This document shows positions 48,701 to 58,800 of a stretch of 64,000 nt of DNA, piece by piece. The translations under genes and the position numbers were made by a program. The notes beneath the pieces were generated by a model. It searched no databases. It saw nothing but the letters and a program-made list of their open reading frames with translations, and was not told the origin of the DNA. The DNA comes from an uncultured Bacteroidota bacterium (lineage in GTDB: Bacteria > Bacteroidota > Ignavibacteria > UBA10030 > UBA6906), in NCBI GenBank assembly GCA_963700635.1, contig CAVOYH010000005.1:160001-224000 (forward strand), read 5' to 3'. Within the stretch, counting starts at the first letter, position 1. Each line of letters starts with the position of its first letter.

Positions 48701-49858
48701 ACGTCCTTCAGCATCGACTTCTTCACCGAAGGGTTCACCGGTCTGGTGAACGACGGGAGAATTATGTTCCGCTTCGCCGGTCTGGCTGAGAGCGGTGACG
48801 AGTACCTGTTCGATAACATTGCGCTGGAACGGATCACGTCGCCCGATGCGGCTTCCACGGTGCGTCATCCGTCGGATGTATCAGGCGGTGCCGGCAAGCC
48901 GGTTCTTTTCCGGGTTGTTGCTCCCCAGGCGACACGGTTCCAGTGGCAGAAGAACGGCGAAGATATCCCCGGAGCTGATTGGAATCGATACGCTACTCCC
49001 GCGCTCACAGCAGCTGACAGCGGGACGGAATTCTCCTGCAGGGTCACCGGGCCTGCGGGTGTGCTCCAGACACGCTCTGCCGTAGTACATGTCCACAACG
49101 AACCGGTTTCACTCGTCCGTAATCATCGCTTTGATGAGGGGACGCAGGGGTGGGAGATGGCCGCCAATGCCCCGGCATCGCTTGCTGTCGAGGGCCCGTC
49201 GTCGATCGCACATGTGTCTATTCAGAAGAGCCACCCGAATCTGCAGCTCCTGGCGGGGGGTATTGAGTTGATCGGTGGGGCACGGTATCTTCTGAGCTTT
49301 CGTGCCCGATCTTCGACCGGCCACGATGTGGCCGTAAGTCTGGTTAAACACACTCCTCCGTACACGCCCTACGCGCCGGATCTGACGCTCATCGACCTCT
49401 CCACTGATTGGAGAGACCATACGATGTCATTTGTCGCAACCGACGGGATGGGTGTTGTGGCGGATGCGCGGCTCATGTTCTGGATGACCCCCTATGCGTC
49501 AGACGGAGATGAGTATTACTTCGACGATGTGATGCTGGAAGAAGTGATAGCCGGCCCCACAACGGAGACAGCAGGGGAGAGCACTCAAAGTCCGCTCATC
49601 TTTGCGTTAGAGCAGAACACGCCCAACCCGTTTAACCCTGAAACATCCATATCCTTTACCATAGAAGCGCGACAGCATGTCCGGCTTGTGGTGTATGACC
49701 TTCTGGGACGGGAGGTTGCCAGAATCGTGGATGCGCATCTTGATCCCGGCAGCCATACGGCACGGTATCGTGCCGCCGGGATGGCGAGCGGCGTGTATTT
49801 TTACAGACTCGAAACAGCGCGGCAGGTGGCAACAAAGAAGATGATGATGGTGCGTTGA
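45800..49858 (+). CDS. Large T9SS-secreted protein: SBBP-like beta-propeller repeats, two CBM4/9-like modules, Ig domain, CTD
   Basis: 'DxxGNxYV' repeats; 'NPGFES' and 'NHRFDEG' CBM starts; 'QWQKNG'; 'QNTPNPFNP...SGVYFYRL'. Confidence 0.8.
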   Translation: MRAVHVVVVLCGLSLRLDAHEPAMPETDRMSASGLVPSVLPLPERTAEMRTAWIRHFGNRMVPSDARVQCATAQQDGGVIVSGQFGGQPLTVRFGPDGGVVWADVYLDPDERTVVPAAVYADSLGNAYVVLRAYAKSDGAPWTVVVKYGPSGERKWVTPHPGMHKASALDKAGNVFLGLIWSESTVPNRFGTADYVIVGVSPLGDIRWRRTYDGPWGGADNISALQLDGHGNIYVTGLALRHPWTSGIATMMFDKTGSMQWMQLHSPSDEVSPASPLMGVDPSGGTFVTAYENGKQEFDLVRYNVTGAVQWVTRYTGIPKALLSDPSGDLYLVTTSDISRIDGSGVVRWTQPREGATAFTIAGGLFFAGSSAAGRVTTAAFNIAGTKKWSTQSTPAPETGDELITMISDGTGKITAVGTRLRTGGGADFVGHICDTLGTPVRTLHYAAPASSYNISVASCVDRDGNTYVVGTQSYPPGDRPHVIVKFSPSGDTLFTRQVPAMAANNVRPVGMTVDGLGKIRVAGFDQAGTPVLLCFSDLGVLEWAASSSQPLYSYDVQMKSDAGGKTILVGRYFFKEVVIVAFSSTGNQLWTRSHSGAEYSNYFGADMDSAGNVYLGITHGTDDAAVGQLLKYSPDGQPLWAHTSAGSLVPLQGPGAQKFQGLAVDPAGRCVVALQNWKASDSTKNILTLCYSPAGELRWWGSDLTDLTTFYRTAVLFGKNGDVLLSGRGTIRDYGLFNFLLRYDAQGNKLSRADIPGDYTPEATVMDAQDRVCAVGSVYSTYSGMTPDIFTYSYGPSGSLAWVEKFNASPGAHDYAVGIGMGRDNTVIVSGYSTIPVQDGPPRETGTFFTLIGYVPLAAPGSLVANPGFESELTSWVCNTNGAAMLAVIPAGEKSPLAASLVIQRQDSNITLYQSGIPLEPFAHYRLTYSARCNTGHDVSVSLIRHTPPYNSYGLAERVCDLGREWTSFSIDFFTEGFTGLVNDGRIMFRFAGLAESGDEYLFDNIALERITSPDAASTVRHPSDVSGGAGKPVLFRVVAPQATRFQWQKNGEDIPGADWNRYATPALTAADSGTEFSCRVTGPAGVLQTRSAVVHVHNEPVSLVRNHRFDEGTQGWEMAANAPASLAVEGPSSIAHVSIQKSHPNLQLLAGGIELIGGARYLLSFRARSSTGHDVAVSLVKHTPPYTPYAPDLTLIDLSTDWRDHTMSFVATDGMGVVADARLMFWMTPYASDGDEYYFDDVMLEEVIAGPTTETAGESTQSPLIFALEQNTPNPFNPETSISFTIEARQHVRLVVYDLLGREVARIVDAHLDPGSHTARYRAAGMASGVYFYRLETARQVATKKMMMVR

Positions 49859-49882
49859 GTGCCGACCCTCCGGCGCAGCCAT

Positions 49883-52800
49883 TTACCGCGCCAGGATCAT
49901 CTTGCGTGTTTCCATCACGCCATTCGCCCGGAGTCTGAAGAAGTAGGCTCCACTCGGCAACGCCGCACCGTCAAAAGTGACGTAATGGTCACCCTCCTGC
50001 TGTTCGGCGTCAGCGAGTACCGCCACCTCCTCGCCGATCATGTTGTAGACTTTTAATGAAACATGAGTTTGAGCGGGTAGGCGGTAATGAATGATGGTGT
50101 TCGGATTAAACGGATTCGGATAGTTCTGGTCCAAATGGATCTCCGCCGGCAGCACATCCTCCTCCTTGGCAGGGGATTCTTCGGAGGCCGTGGTGAAGAA
50201 CGAAGAAGCCGAAAAGGGTCCGGCGCCGGAGATATTCATCGCATTAACACGATAGTAGTACCTGGTTGCGGCTTCCAGCGGCCCTACCCGCGCCACGGTG
50301 TCGGCGGCAACTGAATCGTGCACAAGGGAAGCGAACGAGGCATTCCTCGCAAGCTGTACCCGGTACCCGTCGGCGCCCTCAAATCCGGTCCAGCGGATCG
50401 TGGTCACGGTGGGTTGATTCGTAGCTCCCCCTGCGGGAAGCGTGAGCACCGGGGCTGTCGGAATCGGCGGCGCGCTGCTTTCCTGCAGATCCACTGCGTC
50501 AAGCCAGTACCGATCCCCGGCCCTGGCGAACCCCGAGAATAAGAATTGCAGTCGGGCATCAGTTACGGTGCCGGAGAAGTTTTTTGTCTGAAGGTAGACT
50601 GTATACGTCCGCCATTGTGTGGACAGGGGCACCATCCGTGCCTGGAGTCCATAATCTGTGAACGGAGACGAGTGTCGGATAAGCCCGACGGCAAGAGCCT
50701 GACCGGACGTCGAGTACCCGGAGAATGTCAGGCGGTAGATGGTATTCGCTTTCAGGGAAACACCCTGCTGATAAAGCTGGATGTTGTCAGCGGTTGTTGA
50801 AATGGTTATACGGGCTGCGGACGCGCCTGTGAAACCGGGTGTTGCTGTCACGAAACTGCCAGTGCCGCCGGTGTGGAACGTCCATTCCTGCGTCCCGCTC
50901 TCAAAATCACTGTTCCGCAGAACCGGCGCTGCTTCCGGGACACTCCCTCCGGGCTTCGGCGCCGTAGTGAATACCCGCACGGTGGACCAGAGGCCGGCGC
51001 CTCCCTGATTGACGCCCCGCACTCTCCAGTAGTACCGTGTACTGTCCGCGAGTGACGAGATCGAATACGATGTGCTGACAACGTTGCTCGCATCGATTAC
51101 CGTGCTGTTAAAAGCGGATCCCACGGAAACCTGCACCTGATACGAGAGCGCTGTGCTTGCCGCCGTCCACGTCAGTGCGGATTGCAGGAGAATGCCGCTC
51201 GCGCCATCGGCGGGCAGAGCCAGCTGGACGGCTGCCGGGGATGCAGGAATCTGAGGAGCTGTTCCTCCGGACTCGAATGCGCCGATATCCGGTGCGTTGC
51301 CGTTGTACGCCGGATGCACGCCGGCTCCCGCCGCCCATGTCCGCGGTTCACGAAGGGTCACGATATTACGGGTGTAGTCGATGGAGCTGATACGGACGGC
51401 GGTCCCTCCTCCGATCCTGATGTTATCGCCTTCGATGATCCCGAAGCCGTCACAGAAAAAATACGCATCGTTGACAGTAAGGGTTGTCGTGTTGACACCG
51501 GAAGAGGTTGTCAGCGCGACAGGAACACCGGCATCGATGGCCGGCGAGCCTGCCCGGAGTCCAAAGTTCCAGGCGCGATCGTAGCCGGCCGGATATGCCG
51601 GGACGTTGACAAAGGCCGGGTCTGCTTCTCTGGCGGACGCGTCCTTTCCCTTCATGTACGCATAACCACCGTAGGTGGCGAGCTCGTTTTTCCAGCTGGC
51701 CAGCCCGACCGTGGTGATCATGGTGCCGTCCTTACGGTGGTAAAACCGGACAGAAGTCCCCTGGTCATAGTACAGGTTGTTGTCGAGATAAAACTTGTCT
51801 CCCCAGTCCATCATCCAGTTGTAGATCCCCCGGCTGGGTTGTCCCGCCACGATGTTGTTCAGAAATGCCCGTTGCTGGTTCGGATAGTTGAATGCCAGCA
51901 GACCTGCATGTGATTCTCCCGTCTGGTTCGGTCCAAGCCACGTGCGCCTGTTGTTCAGCACGGTATTGTTGTAGTAGTGATCGCCCTCGGCCATTTCCAG
52001 GCCGATCGTGTGGTCCCAGATAACATTTCCGCGCACGATCGTGTTGCGTGTTGGCGTATTCGCGTTTGCGGACACCCCTCCTCCGCTGCCGGCGTCATGC
52101 CCGTTCAGGGGACCGTCATCATCACCGCTGGACGAGTACATGAGATTGTTCTCGATGAGAGTATGCCCGGCCCCTTTGAGGTCGATGGCATTCTCCGCGG
52201 CATTCCCCATCACGTTGTTCCGGATGATGGTTCCCCGGTTATACAGTGTGCTGGTCGGATTGCCATAATCGGGCTCGAACTGGATATTGTCCTCTACGAA
52301 AGATGTATCCAGGACACAAAATTCGATGAGCGTGCCATGATAGGCCGTGCTGCCGTCCGCCGTGGCGCCGACATCAATGCAGTTCTGCCCGATCGCATGG
52401 ATGGTATCGTATCTCACAACAGTATACCGTGGCGAGGATCCGGCAATGACGATCCCGAAAGACAATCCCCGTATATAGCAGTGTTCGATTGTATTGTACC
52501 GTCCGGCTTCGGCGATGCCGCGCGAACTTGCCTTGCGCGTATAGATGTTCCCCAGCACATCCCCGTATGCCACCAGGCGGTTGTACCGGAACGTGTTGTG
52601 TGATCCTTCGAGGATGACCCAGTATTCATTGTTGTTCGGGAGACTGAAGTAATCCTGATTGTGAAACGTAAAACCTTCGATGATCACCCAGCTGCCGTAG
52701 AGTGCGACGAGGTTCAGGTTGTTATCGTTCGCCCCGTCAATGATGACCTGCTCCCCCGGCGAGGCCCGGTAGACAAGCGGGGAACCGGAGGCGCCGGATT

Positions 52801-53020
52801 GTGCGGGGGCAATACGTTCATGGTAGGTTCCTCCGCGCACGAGGACGGTATCACCGGCCCGCAGGGTCGTATTTGCTTTGGCAAGGGTTCGCCAGGGTGC
52901 AGTGAGGGTTCCCGGATTACTGTCATTTCCCCCGGTGGCTACAACAAATGTTCGTCCGAAAAGCATGCTGTTAAAGGCGAAAAACAGTGCCAGGAGAATT
53001 CCGGGTGTTGCTCGACGCAT
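49883..53020 (-). CDS. T9SS-secreted right-handed beta-helix (pectin-lyase-fold) protein with FN3 and CBM4/9-like modules
   Basis: Signal peptide; 'GNDSNPGT..PWRTL...AGDTVLVRGGTY'; 'SPAIDAG', 'APDIGAFE'; FN3 'YYWRVRG'; 'QNYPNPFNP'. Confidence 0.85.
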   Translation of the reverse strand: MRRATPGILLALFFAFNSMLFGRTFVVATGGNDSNPGTLTAPWRTLAKANTTLRAGDTVLVRGGTYHERIAPAQSGASGSPLVYRASPGEQVIIDGANDNNLNLVALYGSWVIIEGFTFHNQDYFSLPNNNEYWVILEGSHNTFRYNRLVAYGDVLGNIYTRKASSRGIAEAGRYNTIEHCYIRGLSFGIVIAGSSPRYTVVRYDTIHAIGQNCIDVGATADGSTAYHGTLIEFCVLDTSFVEDNIQFEPDYGNPTSTLYNRGTIIRNNVMGNAAENAIDLKGAGHTLIENNLMYSSSGDDDGPLNGHDAGSGGGVSANANTPTRNTIVRGNVIWDHTIGLEMAEGDHYYNNTVLNNRRTWLGPNQTGESHAGLLAFNYPNQQRAFLNNIVAGQPSRGIYNWMMDWGDKFYLDNNLYYDQGTSVRFYHRKDGTMITTVGLASWKNELATYGGYAYMKGKDASAREADPAFVNVPAYPAGYDRAWNFGLRAGSPAIDAGVPVALTTSSGVNTTTLTVNDAYFFCDGFGIIEGDNIRIGGGTAVRISSIDYTRNIVTLREPRTWAAGAGVHPAYNGNAPDIGAFESGGTAPQIPASPAAVQLALPADGASGILLQSALTWTAASTALSYQVQVSVGSAFNSTVIDASNVVSTSYSISSLADSTRYYWRVRGVNQGGAGLWSTVRVFTTAPKPGGSVPEAAPVLRNSDFESGTQEWTFHTGGTGSFVTATPGFTGASAARITISTTADNIQLYQQGVSLKANTIYRLTFSGYSTSGQALAVGLIRHSSPFTDYGLQARMVPLSTQWRTYTVYLQTKNFSGTVTDARLQFLFSGFARAGDRYWLDAVDLQESSAPPIPTAPVLTLPAGGATNQPTVTTIRWTGFEGADGYRVQLARNASFASLVHDSVAADTVARVGPLEAATRYYYRVNAMNISGAGPFSASSFFTTASEESPAKEEDVLPAEIHLDQNYPNPFNPNTIIHYRLPAQTHVSLKVYNMIGEEVAVLADAEQQEGDHYVTFDGAALPSGAYFFRLRANGVMETRKMILAR

Positions 53021-53486
53021 ATACGCTCCGTCTTCCCATAGCTTGCAATGTGTTGCATTTCGCGCACAATGCTGGTGTCCTGTTCCGGGGGCGAAATAGA
53101 TGGCATTGTCTAGCTCTGAGTAGTCTGTGTAGCTTCGTTCTGTCTTGGCGGTGTTCCCGTGCGGGCGCCTCGGAATGAGGTCGACCGGCGGGATACTGGC
53201 CGTCTGAAGCAATGTGTGAGTGGTTCGTTCTTCCGTGTACAGCGGATTGTCTGGAATGAACCTGTTACCTGGTATGATGGATACGGACAACGGAGCACGT
53301 TAACAATCGGGTGTATGCTGTAGTTGTCAAAATACAGCGTTGACCCGAGTGATGCCCGTCACCGCACAGATGGCGTTCGCGAGGTATCTTTCCGGTGGAG
53401 CAGGGCGCCTTCCCCGCACATCCTCCGCGGCTTGTCTCCTCCCGTTCATACCGACCCAATCTCCATCACCCTGTGAGGTACTGTAC

Positions 53487-54494
53487 ATGAAATCTTTGCT
53501 ATTCGGCCCCATTATGTGGATGCTCTTCGCTGTGAACGTGGTATTTGCCCAATCAACATCAACCAGCCCGGTGACGATGGTATTCCCGTCGACACCTGTG
53601 GGGACTTTCTGGGACACGTCGTTCATGGTGTATGCCAGCGGTATGACCTACGGCACCAATTACCGTCTCTACATCATTCCATCCACCGGGTATCAAGTCA
53701 GCTGGAGTCCCAGCGGATCCTTCCAGTCCAGTCTGATGTTGCAACTGGCCACGACGATGTCGTATCAGTCCTGGTGCTACATGAGGTATACTCCAACGTC
53801 GGCCAACATGATTGGCACGCTAACGGTTCGGCTTACCTATGGTCACCCCACCTATGCGTTTATTTTTGAGTCGCAGATGGGACTCAACCAGGTGCTCCCG
53901 GTGCAATTGGCCTCGCTCAGCGCAACATTCAGAGCCTCTCAGAACGAAGTCCTGGTCTCCTGGAAGACCCTGTCCGAGACCGCGAACTACGGGTTTGAGA
54001 TCGAGAGGAAGGTGGAGGGAGAGAGTACTTTCACCATGCTACCCGCCGGTTTTGTGCCCGGTCACGGAACGGTTCTCGTGCCGCAGGAGTATGAGTTCGC
54101 AGACAGGTGTCCTGTTGCGGGCCGCGCTCAGTACCGGCTGAAGCAGATCGATCTGGACGGTACCGTGTATTATTCGGAGCCAGTCACAGTGGAAGCAGTC
54201 ACGGGCATCGCGGAGGGAATCGGGGTGCCCGCAGGGCTGGAGTTGATGCAGAACCATCCGAATCCGTTTAACCCGTCGACGACAATCCGTTACGGATTGC
54301 CCGCGCAGGCGCACGTGACACTGACGGTCTTCAACTCCATCGGACAGCAGGTGGCGGTCCTGCAGAACGGGGAAATGGATGCAGGCTATCATGAAGTGCA
54401 ATTTGACGCCCACGGGCTGCCGAGCGGGGTCTACTATTACAGGCTACAGGGAGGAGCCCACTCACACAGTAAGAAGCTCCTGCTGCTTCGATGA
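53487..54494 (+). CDS. Small T9SS-secreted protein of unknown function
   Basis: Signal peptide; 'LPVQLASL...W.T.SE..NYGFEIER', 'YRLKQIDLDG', 'QNHPNPFNP'. Confidence 0.82.
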   Translation: MKSLLFGPIMWMLFAVNVVFAQSTSTSPVTMVFPSTPVGTFWDTSFMVYASGMTYGTNYRLYIIPSTGYQVSWSPSGSFQSSLMLQLATTMSYQSWCYMRYTPTSANMIGTLTVRLTYGHPTYAFIFESQMGLNQVLPVQLASLSATFRASQNEVLVSWKTLSETANYGFEIERKVEGESTFTMLPAGFVPGHGTVLVPQEYEFADRCPVAGRAQYRLKQIDLDGTVYYSEPVTVEAVTGIAEGIGVPAGLELMQNHPNPFNPSTTIRYGLPAQAHVTLTVFNSIGQQVAVLQNGEMDAGYHEVQFDAHGLPSGVYYYRLQGGAHSHSKKLLLLR

Positions 54495-54517
54495 GAATCA
54501 GGACAATGGAGTGTACA

Positions 54518-54551
54518 CAAATGCCCCGGTATTCCGGGGCATTTGCTTTTT
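54518..54551 (+). terminator. Rho-independent terminator
   Basis: 12-bp stem CAAATGCCCCGG, TATT loop, CCGGGGCATTTG, then CTTTTT; 23 bp after the stop codon. Confidence 0.8.
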
Positions 54552-54787
54552 AGTATCAAATCAACCGGGCATATCCCCGGCATCTCGTCCGGAGGGGAGC
54601 GTAGGATCAAACGAAGATGACTAGCATCGGCGGACGAGGCACGGCACACCAGAGTGCGGGGTGGTCATTCCGCTACTGGCGAATATCTATGTGAACCCGG
54701 TCGATCAGGCGTTGAAGAGGGTGGATCCTGGGTGGCAGGGGAACTTGTGCCCGGACTCGGGGCGCCGAAAGCGCACTCGGAAGTGTG

Positions 54788-55516
54788 TTATACCTTGCGC
54801 TTGACCACGTGCTGTACGAGAGTTTTGACGTTTGCGCGTATCTCCCGGGCCGCCATCTCCTGACACAGCACTACACAGCCCCGCCTCATTCCTGTTTCAG
54901 CTGACGAGTTCGCGGACGGAAAAAAGGCTGAGAGTTTGTGAGCCGACAGTATTGGTTCTATATAGTGCAAATCGAGTGACTTCCCCGGTCCGTAATCATC
55001 GTACGCATACTCGGAGTCGGGCACCTGGAAATCATCGATCATCACAATCGGTCTCTTCCAATGTGTGAAAATGATCTCCAGTTCCTCGCGCAATGGCAGA
55101 TCCTCCTGCCAGTGGGCATCCAGGTAGAAGAATACATCGTCCTTGGCCACCGAGCTATCGTTGCTGAGTTTTCTGAGAAAGGTCGGAGAATCGCTCCTGT
55201 GCAAATGAATGCTCCCCCGGTTTGCGTAGAATCGCCACCGTGCATAGGCGTAGTAGCGAGGATGGATTTCAACACCATAAACATGCAGACACGTTGCGGC
55301 GAACAACGCGGTTGTCGTTCCACGATATGTTCCTGTCTCCACAATAGCGCTGATGGGAAAACTGTACAGGAGATCAAAGAAGATCCGTTGCCTGAATTTC
55401 TGGCCGTTGAACGGACCTCCCCAACTATGTTGCACATGCTGAAGCCGGTAATGATCTATTCGCCCCAGGTTGCCCTCTCCGATCACTCGCTTCGCCAAAT
55501 GTTTTAGCATCTTCAT
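54788..55516 (-). CDS. Class I SAM-dependent methyltransferase-like protein
   Basis: 'IVETGTYRGTT', 'GVEI', 'FYLDAHW', 'MIDDF'. Confidence 0.7.
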   Translation of the reverse strand: MKMLKHLAKRVIGEGNLGRIDHYRLQHVQHSWGGPFNGQKFRQRIFFDLLYSFPISAIVETGTYRGTTTALFAATCLHVYGVEIHPRYYAYARWRFYANRGSIHLHRSDSPTFLRKLSNDSSVAKDDVFFYLDAHWQEDLPLREELEIIFTHWKRPIVMIDDFQVPDSEYAYDDYGPGKSLDLHYIEPILSAHKLSAFFPSANSSAETGMRRGCVVLCQEMAAREIRANVKTLVQHVVKRKV

Positions 55517-55648
55517 GGGTATCTTTGTTGTACTTCTTGTTGGGGCTTACAAGGCGACAGACTGAAGGAACACCGCAGTGCACGAGGAGCAGTCAGGATC
55601 TTTCTCGAGCGGACTGAATGCTGGATTGCCTTTATTGAAGCTTTTTTG

Positions 55649-55734
55649 TACCAAAGGAGGGACTCGAACCCTCACCCGGTGTGAGCCGGACTGGATTTTG
55701 AGTCCAGCGCGTCTACCAATTCCGCCACTTTGGC
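55649..55734 (-). tRNA. tRNA-Leu (anticodon CAA), CCA not encoded
   Basis: GCCAAAGTGGCGGAATTGGTAGACGCG-CTGGA-CTCAAAA-TCCAG-long variable arm-GAGGGTTCGAGTCCCTC-CTTTGGTA. Confidence 0.96.
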
Positions 55735-55861
55735 TCTACATTCGCACCTTCTGTCTCACCTTCTGGATGGGCGTCGGGTGGACAGATGTCCGGATGCAAT
55801 TTAGAAAAGCACCTATCTGCGTGGACCTAATATATTGAAAGAGCGGCATATCTGCAAGGGA

Positions 55862-58800
55862 ATGAGTCAAAGCCCTGGTGCCCTGATCACATTCCTCCTG
55901 ATGTGCGCATGCGCGTGCACGTCATCGCCGGCTCAAGATGTTCCTTCGCTCCCCCTGAACTCCATGCGCGTTACGTTTGCCGGCTCGCCGGTTGACACCG
56001 TTTTCCGTCTCCCGGATCGTTTTGTCTCACCGGGCACCGATACCGTGCTCGTGCTCTCCTACGGGATTCTCAAACGGAACCGTGAATACCGGTTGAGCCA
56101 CGGGACCGGCCGGGTACATCTCGACAGCCTCACGCTGGCCCGTATTAAAGAGGCGACCGCTCAGGATTCACTCACCCTGATCATCACCTACCGCTTTGTA
56201 CCCCTGCAGGTGCAGGACGTGTACCGTCTGCGCACGCTCGTGATCCCGGCAGACTCCCTGACACGCGCCGACTCGGTGCGCGTACTCCGTCCGGTGAGCA
56301 CATTCTCCATGGACGACATCTTCGGATCAAATCTTCAAAAAAGCGGCAGTATCGTGAGGGGGTTCACCGTCGGGTCAAACCGCGACCTTTCACTGAACTC
56401 CGGACTCCGCCTGCAAATGTCAGGAAAAATCCTCTCCGATATCGAAGTTACCGCTGCGCTCACTGACGAAAATACGCCCCTTCAGCCTGAAGGTACCACC
56501 CAGACCCTGCAGGAATTTGACAAGGTGTTTATCGAGATCAAGGCGACAGACGCCACAGCCACCCTGGGAGATTTTAATCTGGAATTCACCGGCACCGAAT
56601 TCGCACGCCTGAACAGAAAACTTCAGGGGGCGAAGGGATACGCACAGTACAATGTTGCCGGCGTCAACGGCGCCACCACGCTTTCCGGCGCCATCACACG
56701 CGGGAAGTTTACGACGAAACAGTTTATCGGCATCGAGGGGGTTCAGGGACCGTACATCCTTTCCGGCGCAAATAACGAACGTGACATCATCGTCATCGCA
56801 GGCACGGAACGGGTCTATATCGACGGAGAAACGCAGACACGCGGTGAAACGAATGATTACATCATCGATTACTCCACAGGGGAAGTAACGTTTACAACAC
56901 GCCGACTTGTCACATCGGCTTCGCGTATTGTTGTGGACTATGAATACACCGACAGACAATTCTCCCGCTCCCTCTTTGCCACACAGAGCACGGCGGCGAT
57001 GTTTGACGACCGCGCACGGCTGACCGTAAGCTATGCCCGTGAGGCGGACGACCCGGATGCCCCGATTGACTTCGTCTTTTCCGATTCGGCGCGCGCAGTG
57101 ATCGCCGCCGCCGGGACGGACCGCTCAAAGGCGGTCCTCAGCGGAATTACCCGCGTTGATTCCAACGGCGTCTATGTGAGGGTGGATACTCTCCTGAGCG
57201 GCGGCACTCCTGCTGTGTTCTACCGGTATGCACCGGGCGACCCTCAGGCGTTCTATATCGCATCGTTTTCCAATGTCGGGCCGGGCCGTGGTGAATACTC
57301 ACGACAGAGGGCGGGTGTGTTCATCTGGAAGGGACCCGGAGGCGGCGAGTATCTCCCCCTGCGCTACCTCCCGCTCCCGCAGTCCCATCAACTTGTGGAT
57401 GTCGTGATGGAGGTGAATCCGATTGAAAACCTGAAAGTCGCCGGGGAGTTTGGCTACAGCACATTTGATGCAAACCGTCTCTCCGGGGTTGGCGACGCCG
57501 AAAACAATGACCGCGCGCTGAACCTTTCCGCCACCTATGAACCGCGCAACATCCGCATCGGGAGTCTTGACCTGGGCGGAATGAACCTCCGGTATCGCGA
57601 ACGTTTTGTGGGAAGTCGCTTCGTGCCGCTTGATCGCTCGAACGAAATTGAATTTAACAGACGGTGGGGAGTGGATTCTCTTGCAGGCGGTGATGAGCGT
57701 ATCCGGGAGGCTGCGGTGACGTTCCTGCCCGCGCAGGGGATCTCTGTGGGGAGTTCGTACGGCACAATCCGCCGCGGTGATGAACAGAACTCGCGCCGGG
57801 TTGATGGAACGCTGTCAGTCCGGACCGAAACCCTGCCGGTGATGGCGTATACGTTTGAAGATGTCCGATCCACAGACCGGATCGCGAATGCGGAGACCCG
57901 ATGGTTCCGGCACAATGGGGCACTGGAGTACACCGTATTGAGCCTCACACCCGGTTTCCGGTTTGAAGGTGAAAACCGGCGCACGGGTGTTCCCGGGTCC
58001 GGTGTTGCAGGTGCCGGGAGTTTCAAATTCACCGCCTATGGCGCGTTTGTGCGTCTGGCCGAACTGGGTCCACTGTCCGCGCAAGCCGACTTCTCCTGGC
58101 GCGCGGACGACATCTTCCTGCAGGGCGCGGTCACGCGGGAATCCGATGCCTTCACGCAGAACTACACTGCACGCCTCCGGGAGTGGGCATCCCTTACCTC
58201 AACGCTGGATATCACCCTGCGCCGGAAGAAATACTCTTCCGTTTTCAAGCAGGAAGGGCGGCAGGACGTGCAGACGGTGCTTGTCCGGAATCACACCCGA
58301 TTTACTCCGCTGAACCGCGGTATCGAGACCGATCTGTTCTATGAAGTATCAACCGAGCAGGCTTCCCGGCTGGAGCGGGTGTACGTGCGCGTGACCGCCG
58401 GTTCCGGAAACTACCGCTACCTGGGGGACATCAACGGCAACGGGCTCGCAGACGACGAAGAGTTTGTGCTGACACGATTCGACGGCGAGTACGTCGCGCT
58501 CACGCTCCCCACGGATGAACTCACTCCGATCATCGATCTGAAAACCAGCGCCCGGCTCCGGATCATTCCACAGCGGTTCGTGGAGGCCGGCGGATGGGCA
58601 GCCGACATCGCACGCGCCCTGACATCCGAAACGTATGTACGTGTCGAAGAGAAAAGTAATGAGCGTGATCTTCAGCAGATCTATCTTTTGCATTTCAGCC
58701 GTTTCCGGGAAGAGGCCACGACGCTTGCAGGTTCGGTGTTGTTGACCGAGGATATCCACCTGTTTGAAGGGCGGCCGGGGTTTTCGTCCCGGTTCCGATT

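Noticed and set aside
53021-53486. Riboswitch or sRNA in the long divergent intergenic region
   Set aside because: No recognisable aptamer consensus by eye, only a short TGCAA-N4-TTGCA dyad; an Rfam scan would be needed
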